Program-made: the position numbers and the translations under genes | Part shown: positions 53,395 to 64,000 of the stretch, one piece after another | Layout: every line of letters begins with the position of its first letter | How positions within the stretch are numbered: the stretch's first letter is position 1 | Notes under the pieces: generated by a model | The model's input: only the letters and a program-made list of their open reading frames with translations | What the model was told of the DNA's origin: nothing | Databases searched by the model: none | NCBI GenBank assembly: GCA_040285855.1 | Contig: JAUFOQ010000004.1 | Location: forward strand, 1-64,000 | Direction: 5' to 3' | Length of the DNA: 64,000 nt | Source: Eukaryota sp. GEM-RC1 | Taxonomy: Eukaryota

Positions 53395-54480
53395 TTACAA
53401 ATACTCATTTACATAACTACCATCCCTACCTTCAGAATCTATCCAAGAATCAGCTATAATCCCATGTCTAAAGACACGCACACTAACCGAAGGACACTCC
53501 AAAAGCCACAGATCATCTGAGCCATCGTTATTAAAGTCATAAGCACCAACAGCCATGTAAGAATCAGTTGCAGGAGTTCCTAGAGATCCTGAAAAAATAG
53601 TTGATGATGAATCATCAGCTCGCAAAGTCCATGATTTATCCTTGTTCAGAATGATGAACCTCCGAGTTTCAGAAAGCTAGATGTAACAAAAGAGTCTGCA
53701 GTTGTTGGAAGATGTCTGTTGGCGCTGCTTAAAAATACAGATCCTGCATTGATGTTAAAACAAATAGCGAGTCGAACTCGTCTGACAAACAGTATAGCTA
53801 AATGAGGATGACTTCCACCACATGAAGAAGATGATGGCTCAACACGCAAAGCAGTAGGAAAGTTTCCTGATTGAGAAGCTTGCCAATCAGAAATTGAAGC
53901 AAAAAACCCATCTCCTTGACGAACATGAGACGCCGATATTGTACCATCAATACCAAAGTCTCTTATAACAACTATTCTCCAGCTTACATGAAAGCGATAA
54001 CTCCAAGGGCATCTTGCGTACCCATCAATGGAACCATCAAACTTGGCAGAAATTGCAATAACATCGGGTCTGTTGTTATCGTTGAGATGGGCAGTAGCGA
54101 AAGCAATTCCGTCTTGAAAATGTGCTAGAGTAGAAATGTAACTATAGCATGTGGTACTACACTGATAACCGCAACCACAAGAGTAACCACAGCTGTGAGA
54201 GCCAGTAGTTGGGGACCTTCTTCTACTGAACCAGAAAGCAGCTTGGGTAGAAGTAGTAGTTCCTAGATTCATATGTTCTGATGAAGACATGTACCTCATA
54301 GGGAAGAAGCCATGTTTACCTTCCCACTGCCTGAATCCCAAGGTAATATCATAGAAAACCTTCCATGTGTATCGAGTATGTGTAGAATTTCGCGAAGAAG
54401 CATAGAAAACTATGGCATCTGGATCTGGATTGTCATCTACATTGGTTATGCAAACAATCCGATTTGATTGGAATACAACA
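53395..54480 (-). CDS. FG-GAP/VCBS-like repeat protein, probably secreted; 5' end missing or disrupted, one -1 shift
   Basis: NVDDNPDPDAI, HLNDNNRPDVI and DFNNDGSDDLW calcium-blade motifs. Confidence 0.6.
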
Positions 54481-54999
54481 TTTTCATTTGTAACACAACA
54501 TTTGTAAAGACAACATTAAACACAATGATACCAAAACACACTATGAAATAGAAACCCTTCAATGGAAGTCAAGCTCAGGGGGTTGCAAGGAGAAGCCCCT
54601 ACGAACACAAACATAAATAATTGAGACACACATGAAATGATTGGTTCCCTATATTTATATTTCGTTAAGACATAGGAATAGACTTGTCCTTACTCATGCT
54701 ATCGAAGATTGAATCTAAAATAGTTTTATTGTTCAAATATACTGGTATGTAATATTTAAGACATAAAATCATAACGAACATTGCTATACCGGTAACTAGA
54801 AGCACCCTGTAGAAGTTCTTTATACTCGAAATATAAAGAAGGGGCTTCTATTTCACATTCCTGAAGTTAAAGAAAAAAGCAGTCAACAGGAAATTCTTAC
54901 AGTTGTAAATATTCGAGTCATTTCAAGTCAGAATAATGCTGTAGCAGTCAATATCAAAAAGCCACAATATGATTGAAAATAATGGACCCTTCTAATTGA

Positions 55000-56589
55000 T
55001 CAAACAATAATTATTCATACTAATTATTTTAAGGAGGGTAATAAGTAGCAATCAAACATCTTTAACGACCAATTCTTCGATAGACAAATGATTTAAGAGA
55101 TAGCTAAGAACCGGAAAACAGCGGAAGCATTCATTTGCTTAGAAATTAAATAATCAAAGTGAACACTAGCGGTTGTTTTTAACTACCCTCAATAAACTGA
55201 GTAGCGTTGAAACACTGAAGCGTTTTGCATGGAAAGTGAAAGCAGTTTTCCACACGCCCATGAGTTTCAACTAGAGTGGGTTCTTCATCACTAAAAAATA
55301 GCTAGAGCTAACATTAATCTCGGCAACAGTAGAATTAACACTCAACGCTTCGGACATTGCTTTTGCGCTTTCACTTTCAAAACAATGAGAACTTTCAGTA
55401 CATTCAGAAGAAGTGACTTTCAATGCTTCAGATAAAGAAATCGTGCATTCTTCATCAAATTTTTGAATGTACAACTTAAATCAACCTTAGAAACTGTTGA
55501 GTTCATTTTGAGTCCATAAGCTAGTGCACTTATTCAGTCAGCATCATCAACTCCAAAGCTACTAATAAGGGAGCTAATACATGGTAAATAAAGAGGAGAT
55601 GTTGGGTGGAGGAAATCAAAATCACTGACAAAGTTTCGATCAAATCTTGCTATTCCAAGAATATGACAATTATCTGGTGAGGTAACAAGTTTACTTGGTT
55701 CAACTTCAAGAACAATAGAGTGGACTTCAGCATCAAAGTAAGAAGTAAATGAAAAAAAATTATACATGAGCCCTTCCTCAATAAAATACTTGTTATCATT
55801 AAGACCTTTTTTCATCAAAAAAAATGTTTGTGTTTCAAGAAAAGCCTTAGTTGAAAGAAGTAAAGTACCAAAGAACCGTCGACTAACATGCCCTACTGTC
55901 TCAAATAAATGGGGTAGTAGTTCTCTCATATGATCAGTATCATAACATCTCATACCCTTAATAAAAGTGGAGATCAAATGGAGTGATAGAGTGGCAGTGA
56001 ATATTTTGACTAATAAAGACTGATGCAGCTCTAAAGGACTGAATCGTGGACCATCTAGGTTGCAGCTTTCAGAGATAGTGTAGGGACTTGGTGAAGAAAG
56101 ATCACGAGGAAGGTTTGATTTCTCAACGAAGGGTGTTAAAGAACGCAAGGAGCAACAGCCAAGTGTCGTACCACAACAAGCATTGTTGGGAGATTCTCTT
56201 GTATTTCTATGAGGTTCATCGAAGATGAAGGGCTTTGGAACATACTTCAACTTCGAAACCTTGCGTTTTGATTTGGCAGCAAACAACGAATTATGATTCG
56301 AAATACTGAAAGAATCAGTCTTCATACAATCAGTGAACTAGAGAGAAGATTCCATAAAGGAATCTTGTTTTTGTTTTGTGATCAGTGTCTTTTGTTTTGA
56401 TATCTTGTGTTGACTCAAGAGATCTTCAATTGTTTGGAAACAATTTACTTCAGATTGTGATGACAGAACAGCATCCAACTTTTGAATTAATACATTAATT
56501 GGAAAATACGGTACGTAGCTACAGAGCTTGAAAAGATTGTCCCTAGTAATTACTTCACCACACTGTGTGGACATGTGTTCACTGTCCAC
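55000..56589 (-). pseudogene. Degenerate NLRC3/RNI-like leucine-rich-repeat family gene
   Basis: LSEALKV and AKAMSEALSVNSTVAEINVS repeats interrupted by stops, downstream of ORFs 55534-56325 and 56338-56589. Confidence 0.55.
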
Positions 56590-57614
56590 TTACATGCTAC
56601 TTGGCCCATGTTAGTAGTTACTATTTGAGGGAAGATGGCCACTGTCTTTCTATAAGTTAATTAAATGTTGCAAACTGGAAATGTATATGTATTCTCCAAA
56701 ACATTCCACTGAATTCCTATTATTGTACGGTTCGTGTAATTTGAGATCATAGCTGCCCATGACATCATGACAATATTGCGTCATGACACTCTGTAATGAC
56801 ATCATGACAAATTAGCAACTTATGTCATGATAAACGCAATATCGTTAAATCGTTTAACATGATAGTTTTGTCACATTTATGATATATAATAAATAGTCAA
56901 CGCTGATAATCAATCAACACAGATGAGTAAATAGCCAATGGTTTTGGATTACGACTGTAGTAATTAGTATCTGTTCCCTCATCTATTTGTTAATTATGGG
57001 TGCAGATTGGCTAAAAAGGTGAAAATAATTGCTAAAAAGGGGGATACTCTTACACAGGGATGTGAAAATATTTATTTAAATATGTTGTTTATTGTTTTCC
57101 ATAAAAATATATATATTGTTATTGTTTTTGACAGAAATAAATATATTGTTATTGTTTTCGAAAACAATAAATATTGGATAATTTTATTGTTTCTATGTGT
57201 CAATAATGAGACAAGAACAGCTCTAACACGTTTTATGATATATCAAATGTTCCTCAGACTCGTCATCGTTCTAACGGAGCTCAATAGATTGTGTAGTGAA
57301 TAAGTCTGATTGAAGATACTTCTTTGGAGTAAGGCCATTTGCAAAACAACAGAACATTTTGGGTGTCCGTCGTATTAAGCAGGACAAATCGTATCAAGTA
57401 CAGATTTGAAAAGTAGTGGGTAACAATTTCCTTATGTTCAGACATAAGGAAGACTCAGATAGAATTGTATCGTGCTCAGCAATCTCCAATCGATCACTGT
57501 ATTTCTTCAAAAATGGCACAATGTATTACTTTAAAAACAGACAAAATAGGATAGCAATATATTTAAATATATTGCAATAATATTGTTTTATGTTTCGACC
57601 AACAATAAATATAT

Positions 57615-57700
57615 TAGGAATGTTAATTAGTTCAGTTCAGTTCAGCCGTGAACTAGTTCAGTTCAGTTCACACCTCCATGAACTGAACTGAACTAAATGA
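57615..57700. mobile_element. Isolated end of a TAGGAATG-family MITE
   Basis: TAGGAATGTTAATTAGTTCAGTTCAG matches the ends at 34893 and 52841. Confidence 0.6.
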
Positions 57701-58059
57701 ACTTACATTTTATTCCATTTTTATTACTACATAAATGCATTTTACCACATATAAGGAACATGGGATGAAGTATCCCAATAGTGTTATGAAATTGTCTACT
57801 TAAAGCCACGTAAGAACGCAAGTGTTTAAAGATCAAAAATTTACCGTTTTCTTAGGCAAATTTACCTTTCTTAATGAGAGCAAGTGATGTAGGACTAAGA
57901 GAGTCAGAGCATTGCAGATACATAGGATGAGAAGACCTAGGATTAGCAAATGACCGTGTAAGACAAGGCTACAAATTTTAAAGGTGTGGCTATAACAGGG
58001 ATGGGAAACTCAATATGATGAAAGGAAAGTGATTATGGTTGACCGGAAACTTCGACACC

Positions 58060-59998
58060 ATGGCACAACCACGTAAGTGATTCACTCGGTCGTGTGCTCT
58101 GAACTCGCTGCTTATACCTTCAGCAGTTCACCAGATTCGGTCTGACATTCCTCATGTCACCGAAGTCTGCCATGAAGCTTCTTTGCTTCTTCATTCTTTC
58201 CTTGTCACTTTCCCTATAGCGGCCAGAGCTATTGCGGAACAGGATGTCTGGTATCTCTTTATGACCGTCATCAACAAAAGTAGCTTTCCTGCTCCTCAAA
58301 CTTCGAAAGGACAAAGGCTTTTGTTGAATGTTTTCTATGATGGTTTTCTTCCAGAGTCCCCTGCTTCTTTTGTTCCTCCTTTTACTTTGGAACACCAAAA
58401 CTTTTTAATTTCTGAGTGGAATTCTGATATACTCACTTATGGGTTACTCCTCCAGAATTTCTTGAACTCCTGGCTAGCCACACAGACCTTTTCTGTGGTG
58501 AATAGCCCTAATCTTTCGCAGTGGTTTACTTGCCGTTCTCGTCAGTTGGCAGCTAATGTTAAGTCTTCTCTGCCCAAAATATCCAGAGCTTGGATTAAAA
58601 ATTTTCTATATGCCCATTGTCGGGTCATTGAGACACCTCCTCAATTTTCTTCGCATCTTCTTTATCTCTTTTATAATCTGCCATTTAATGCTCCTTCTTT
58701 TGTTAATGTTTCCATTGACAATCAGTCCGAAAAAATCTTTTTACTTAACGCTGTCTATTTTATTTACCATCTTTTCGATCGTTTTCCTGTCTCGGAAGGA
58801 CTTTTATCTTCTGCTGACCACATGAATGTTTCTCCTAAAGAAATTCGTGAATTGTTTATCTTTAACCTATCAATTGCACAATTCTTAGAAACATATTTAA
58901 GTGATTTTTCCCATTGTTGGAGACGGCTCCGACTGATCCCCCTAGCTTCTCACAAAGGGTCAAAACTGTTGGATGTACCTCCAAACATCTTCAGAAATTC
59001 TACCAAATTTCCGAATGGTACAAGATCTGGAAGATTGTTCATTTCCAACGAATTTTTAAAACGAATTTTTAAAACCTGTCCACATTGAAAGTTTCGAATG
59101 TGGAACAAAAATTATAAAAAAAATTACAAGAAGCTAACACTGAAAACCAACGGAAATGAGCTTCTGATCACCTTCCACAGGACTGAGCCAACCTTGGAGA
59201 AAGAAGGAGAACCGCCAAAAAAGAAAAAGAGGCGGACAAAACTTGAGATGCAGCAAGATCCAAAAGCCAACTGCATCAAATCCATCAATTTAAAAGGATC
59301 GAAGAAGCCGCCTCGCCGTCACCCTCCAACTGCCCAGGAGATTATCGCTGAAGGCCCATTAGTGGGTGTGGATCTTGGTCAGTCACGTCTTTGTGGTTAC
59401 TATTTGAATGAAGAAAACCACGGACTGATCAAGTGTCCTACAGGCCGCCAGTTTCGAACAAACCCTTCTCCTCTCAAAATGTCACCGACCCATATTCCGT
59501 GCAAAATATTCACCTATATTTGAATCACTGGAATTTAGTAAGAAAGCAGGTGTATAAAGAGAGTAACCGGTCGAAGTGGAAGTCGATTAAGTTCGACAAT
59601 CGAAGACGCAGAGAACGCCGCTTTCGTGAAGCTCTGAATACTTTCCAAGAGATTTCTGGTCATCCAGAGGAACTGTATCTGGCTGTTGGCTCAGCAAACT
59701 TTCCTTCCCATTTCAGGAAAGTTAAAAGATATGGATCAGCTCGATGCTGTCGGAAATGGCTGAATCACCAAAAGGAGTAAAACACTTTCCCACCAGTGAA
59801 TTCAACACTAGCAAACTGTCAAGCTGCTGTATGTCACTAAACGAAGCAACCAGATGGTGGCAAATGAGAGTCTGTGCCAACTGCCATCAAGTATATGACA
59901 GAGATGTTTCCGCTGCTAAAAATATTCAGACTAGGAAGAAAGCAGAGTTGTGGCCTGGAAGATACGTCTGTCCTGAGGTAATGTCGAGGAGAGTCTAA
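58060..59998 (+). pseudogene. Second Fanzor/TnpB-family nuclease; catalytic D-E-D intact, but in-frame TGA at 58078 and 59086 and two -1 shifts
   Basis: RuvC-I GVDLGQ; AVGSANF; RuvC-II SEFNTSKLSSCC; Zn finger CANC; RuvC-III DRDVSAAKNI; NLS-like PPKKKKRR. Confidence 0.88.
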
Positions 59999-60026
59999 TG
60001 GAGAGATCTGTAGAAATGATAAACAA

Positions 60027-60287
60027 AACCACTTTGAGACCGATCTGGTGATGTATCTATCCCGGTAGATATGTTTGTCAGGTCCATTTAGATAGATTAA
60101 GTCTAAGAAACTTTGTTCTGTGTAAGCAGTGTAAGCTGTGTAAGCAGTCGGTCTATCTAAGTGATGTAGTCCGTTGATGAAGATCATGATTGTCTTTGTC
60201 AGATGACGCTATATGTCTCTTACAGCCTGTGAAAACAGGAGTGAATTTCATAATTGGGAGTACTGCAGTTGTTATGAAATTCACAGT
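60027..60287 (+). ncRNA. Putative omegaRNA scaffold / element right end of the second Fanzor; predicted guide begins at 60288
   Basis: Multiple hairpins; 13-bp terminal stem GTGAATTTCATAA/TTATGAAATTCAC; second copy elsewhere in the window with a different 3' flank. Confidence 0.72.
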
Positions 60288-60331
60288 CCAGGTAGAAAAA
60301 TTAACGGTCATATTTTCTTTAGGTTTTTCAA

Positions 60332-62893
60332 ATGTCCGATCGTGGTAACAGAGGACGTGGTGGTCGCGGAGGCGGTCGCGGAGGTGACAGAGGTGGTCGC
60401 GGAGGTCGCGGAGGTGATAGAGGCCGTGGTGGTGGCGGTGGTAGAGGACGCGGGGGTGGTGCTCCTCGCGATGTAGGCGTATGTGTCTTTTCTTGATTCT
60501 TACAACAGTTCAACTATTTGCGGGATCAACTTGCCAGAAAAAATGTCCGTGATAACCAAGTATTGTCTAACTTCCACCAGGTAAACGTAACCGAAAAACG
60601 TCTTTGGGTATATGCTCCTTCCTTCCCTGCTGATGTTACGGAGGAACGTTTCCGTAGAAAAATGGTTATGGAAATGTGGGAGAAGGCTTTCGGTAGCCGA
60701 GAAGCGATCCCTTTTAACGAGATCGTGTTCGATTCAAATCAGATCTACACGTTGAAGCCCATCGATCAGTTTCACGGTACCGCTTATGACGTTCGCCACA
60801 AGAGCTCTAGTTTCAACATGGATATTGCTTTTGTCCGCGAAATTACCAACCGAAGTCCCACAAGCATTGATGAATCCCAGATCATTGAGCAGTTGCACTC
60901 TGTTTTGCTGAAGTTTGCCCTCAGAAATTCTGACTTGGTTGATTTCCGCTCTAATTACTACGACCGGAAACCCCGTGCTCATGAGCTTTCAGATGAGTTT
61001 GATATCTTACCTGGATGGGTACCCCGTTTGTTGTGGCGTTCTACAGGTTGGATTCTAGAAGTCAACACTCACAACAAGGTATTGAGCAAAATCAACATGC
61101 TGGACTTTTTGAAACAACAGAAATCTCAATTCCGAGGAACAGAGGAGCAGTTTCAGAACCAGATGAATGAGGTTGTAAAAACAGGAAACTATTGGTTAAC
61201 ACATACCAGAAAGTTTGTTGGTTTTGATGGAATTGACTGGACCAAGACTCCAGCCTCCACTTTTGACAAAAATGGAACCGCCACTTCTTTTGGATCTTAC
61301 TTCCAACAAGCTTACAAAGTAACTCTTGATGCTAACCAACCTCTTGCTTATCAGTACAGTAAGGTCAGGGACCAGTACACTTACTTCCCTATTCAACTTT
61401 TAAGAAAGGCCGGAAACTTCCCTGAACCCCTACTTGAGATCATTACTCAACTCACTCAAACAAAGCCTGGTGAAACTGTTCAGAGAATCAGTGAATTCTT
61501 TGAAGTAATGAGTAAGAAGGTATCCAGAAACAATCGTGCTCCAATGTCTCCTGTTGACTTCTTGAAGAACTGGGGAATTCAGTTACCTGGTAATGCAGAA
61601 CAGTCCTCTATTGTAGTTGACACTATTGCCCTCCGACCATTCACCATTGATATTGGCTCTGAACGGTTCCCTTCTTCTGATGGATTCTTTGCACCCAAAT
61701 TAAGAAACATTCAAATCCCAAATCCCCAGCCAATCAACAATTGGGTCTACATTTATCATGATGTTAAAAAGGGTTTTGCATTGAAGATGCTTGATTTTAT
61801 CAAACGTCGTATGGGACAATTAAAGATTAAAGCCGGAAATCCTTTGGTTATCCCTGTACCTGGTAGAAACAGATTCGACCAGGCCCTAGACAATGCTCTT
61901 AGGGGTAAAGCTCCTCCTCAGTTCGTCTTTGCATGTGCCATTGATCAGGACAAGACCACTTATGATTTGTTCAAGAATTATTGTACTCCTCGTGGAATCG
62001 TCTCGCAGTACTTTGCTGAATCTAAAGTTGGATCCAAACCTGAAGCTGTCATCGGATCTAATCTCGTACTTCAAGCACAGGCAAAACTTGGTGCCACTCT
62101 TTGGAATGTAGAACTTTCCCCCAAGCTTTTTGGTCCCAATGGATCCTTCCCCACTTTGATTCTGGGTATGGATGTCTTCCATCAAAGAGACAAGGCTTCT
62201 TGTTTGGCTCTTGTAGGAATGTTTGCGTTTAACAACAAACTATCTTGGTTCTCAAAAACTAAGGAGTTGCCCCCAAGACAGGAAATCTCTCAATTTGTTG
62301 CTCCTTTGGTTGCTGAATGCCTCCAGCACTTCAAGGCTGTTAATGCTCCTAAACCCAGAACTGTTATGTTCTATAGAGATGGAGTTGGTGAACATCAATT
62401 CAACTTGGTAAGAACTCAAGAGCTTGAACCCGTCAAGCAAACTATTAAGGCCAATTGCCCCGGAGCTTGTTTCGTCTTTAACATTGTCCAAAAGAGAATC
62501 AACACTAAGTTCTTCTCTCCTGTTGCTAGAGATCTCAACATGATTGCTGGTACTGTCATCAACACTACTATTACCAGAGATCAGAAACTCTTCAGTCATG
62601 ATTACTACATCCAATCTCATGAGACTAAAGTTGGAACTTCCACCCCAGTTCACATTGATGTTCTCTACAATGATCTTCCTCCTCAAGCAGGTATCAAACC
62701 TTCGGACTTTTATGATGTGACTTATTCCTTGTCACATATGTACTACAACCAAGCTTCTGCCATCAAGGTTCCTTGTGTTTGTCATTATGCTCATTGTTTG
62801 GCTTATTCTATGGGTGAACACTCCATCCCTACTGCCAGAACTCCTCTCATGCCTATTCCTAGAGCATTGTTTGACAAGCTTTTCTATATCTAG
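60332..62893 (+). CDS. PIWI/Argonaute protein with RGG N-terminus and a 30-nt intron (60479-60508)
   Basis: MSDRGNRGRGG...; PAZ (IDWTKTPASTF...SYFQQAY...NQPL); PIWI tetrad GMDV, RQE, YRDG, YAH; C-terminal LFYI; splicing restores the frame. Confidence 0.96.
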
Positions 62894-63092
62894 GATGAAT
62901 GTACATTTTTTGTTTACAATAAACTGTGATTCCCATTTATCTTGATAATACTACATTGCATCTAGATACAACAACGATTAATCGGTAATCTTTGACATAA
63001 TTCAAACTAATCTAGATCATGATACTAGTACACGATTCGAAACAACACAACACCAAAAACATTGGTCGACATTAATTTCTTAAACAAATGTT

Positions 63093-63387
63093 CGGTGTTG
63101 TCAAATGCGCACCTTTTCCAAAAATGAAAGGCGTAAAAATTAGCGCATTTCTGTGCATGTTGATTTCGAACTTGAGACACGCCATAAATACAAATCTGTT
63201 TCGTCATACTGTACTGGTACAATGATCAAAATTTCGAGTACAGATCAACAACACTGTTAATGTATTTAGAGACTTATACAGACGGATACACAGAAAAAAT
63301 TCAAAAGACATCTCAAAAGTCAAATGCCCAAAATCACAAGATTCAAAATGCGCGCATTTGGCGGATTTCTCAAAATTGATAACACTG
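63093..63387. mobile_element. Shorter MITE of the 46421-47305 family
   Basis: CgGTGTTGTCAAATGCGC...TTGATAACACTG; TSD CAAATgTT/CAAATaTT. Confidence 0.85.
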
Positions 63388-63716
63388 CAAATATTGCTAA
63401 TGTTAACGTACATGGGCAACCGTTAAATCAAAAGGGCGTTCTGGTGTCAATTGCCGTCTCTTAAATTACTGTTTTATATCCTATTTATTTTTGGTTGAGT
63501 ATGTTAACGTTTGCGTTGTTTCGTACAATGCCCAGATATTTTTATTCCATTTTAGGTATATTATTAAGACGTTGTTTAAGTAGTTTGTGAACTCTCTTAG
63601 TGAAAGAATACATGTGAAGCGAACCCTTTCCTATACATTGTTCTTGTATTATGACCATGACGATGTGTATTGATCTTTAAAACCTAGACACAGAAACTCA
63701 AATTGGTTCTTTTTGC

Positions 63717-64000
63717 AGTGTTGCGCCATAACCAAAAATAAATTTGCCATACGCGTATGGGCGTATGGACGTATGCTAGAATGGCAGAATGGCTGACAAT
63801 GGCCATCAAGCCATATCTAGCAGAATCTTTCCAACGCCACTTAACTTCATAATGTCTAAATACACTTCAGTTTGTCATCAAATTAGTAAAACAAGTATTC
63901 TCTGTAGAATCGTGTGAAAGAGTTTGAGTACGTACTCATTTATTCACAACAAACGACGAAACAGACTTTTTGTAGTTTATTCACTTTATAGAACAGATTT
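63717..64000 (+). mobile_element. Left end of an hAT-type element, continuing beyond the window
   Basis: CAGTGTTGCGCCATAACC...GAATCTTTCC near-identical to 10824-10940. Confidence 0.8.

Noticed and set aside
58078..59088. TGA reassigned to Trp
   Set aside because: TGA terminates intact genes here (9669, 37483) and is not seen inside conserved host ORFs
5005..59998. Genome-wide programmed ribosomal frameshifting (Euplotes-like) or RNA editing to explain the split genes
   Set aside because: Most breaks are -1 within A/T homopolymers with no shared stop-adjacent motif, and they concentrate in repetitive elements while long genes such as PIWI and the TPR-like gene are clean. This pattern fits long-read indel errors. 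A few +1 cases (DENR, kelch, NAE1) remain unexplained without reads.

Overview
Left end of a eukaryotic chromosome from an AT-rich, gene-dense protist with very short intergenic spaces and 28-30 nt GT-AG introns; a metamonad-like organisation is my inference only. The window opens with a (CCCTAA)n telomere and a duplicated fold-back subtelomeric unit. About 18 host genes follow, interleaved with hAT-type elements (8-bp TSDs) and CRE-like RLE non-LTR retrotransposons. Two RNA-guided TnpB/Fanzor loci stand out. (1) At 12330-17629 a reconstructable ~1,750-aa polyprotein reads: 2A ribosome-skip peptide, two SENP8/Ulp1-like cysteine proteases, T/E linker, family-B DNA polymerase 3'-5' exonuclease domain, then Fanzor1 with the RuvC-III Asp replaced by Asn. 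(2) At 58060-59998 a second Fanzor is followed by a ~260-nt structured putative omegaRNA that ends 44 nt before a PIWI/Argonaute start codon. A stand-alone copy of that RNA with a different guide lies at 47333-47616. Many ORFs are split, mostly by -1 shifts at homopolymers, which look like assembly errors.
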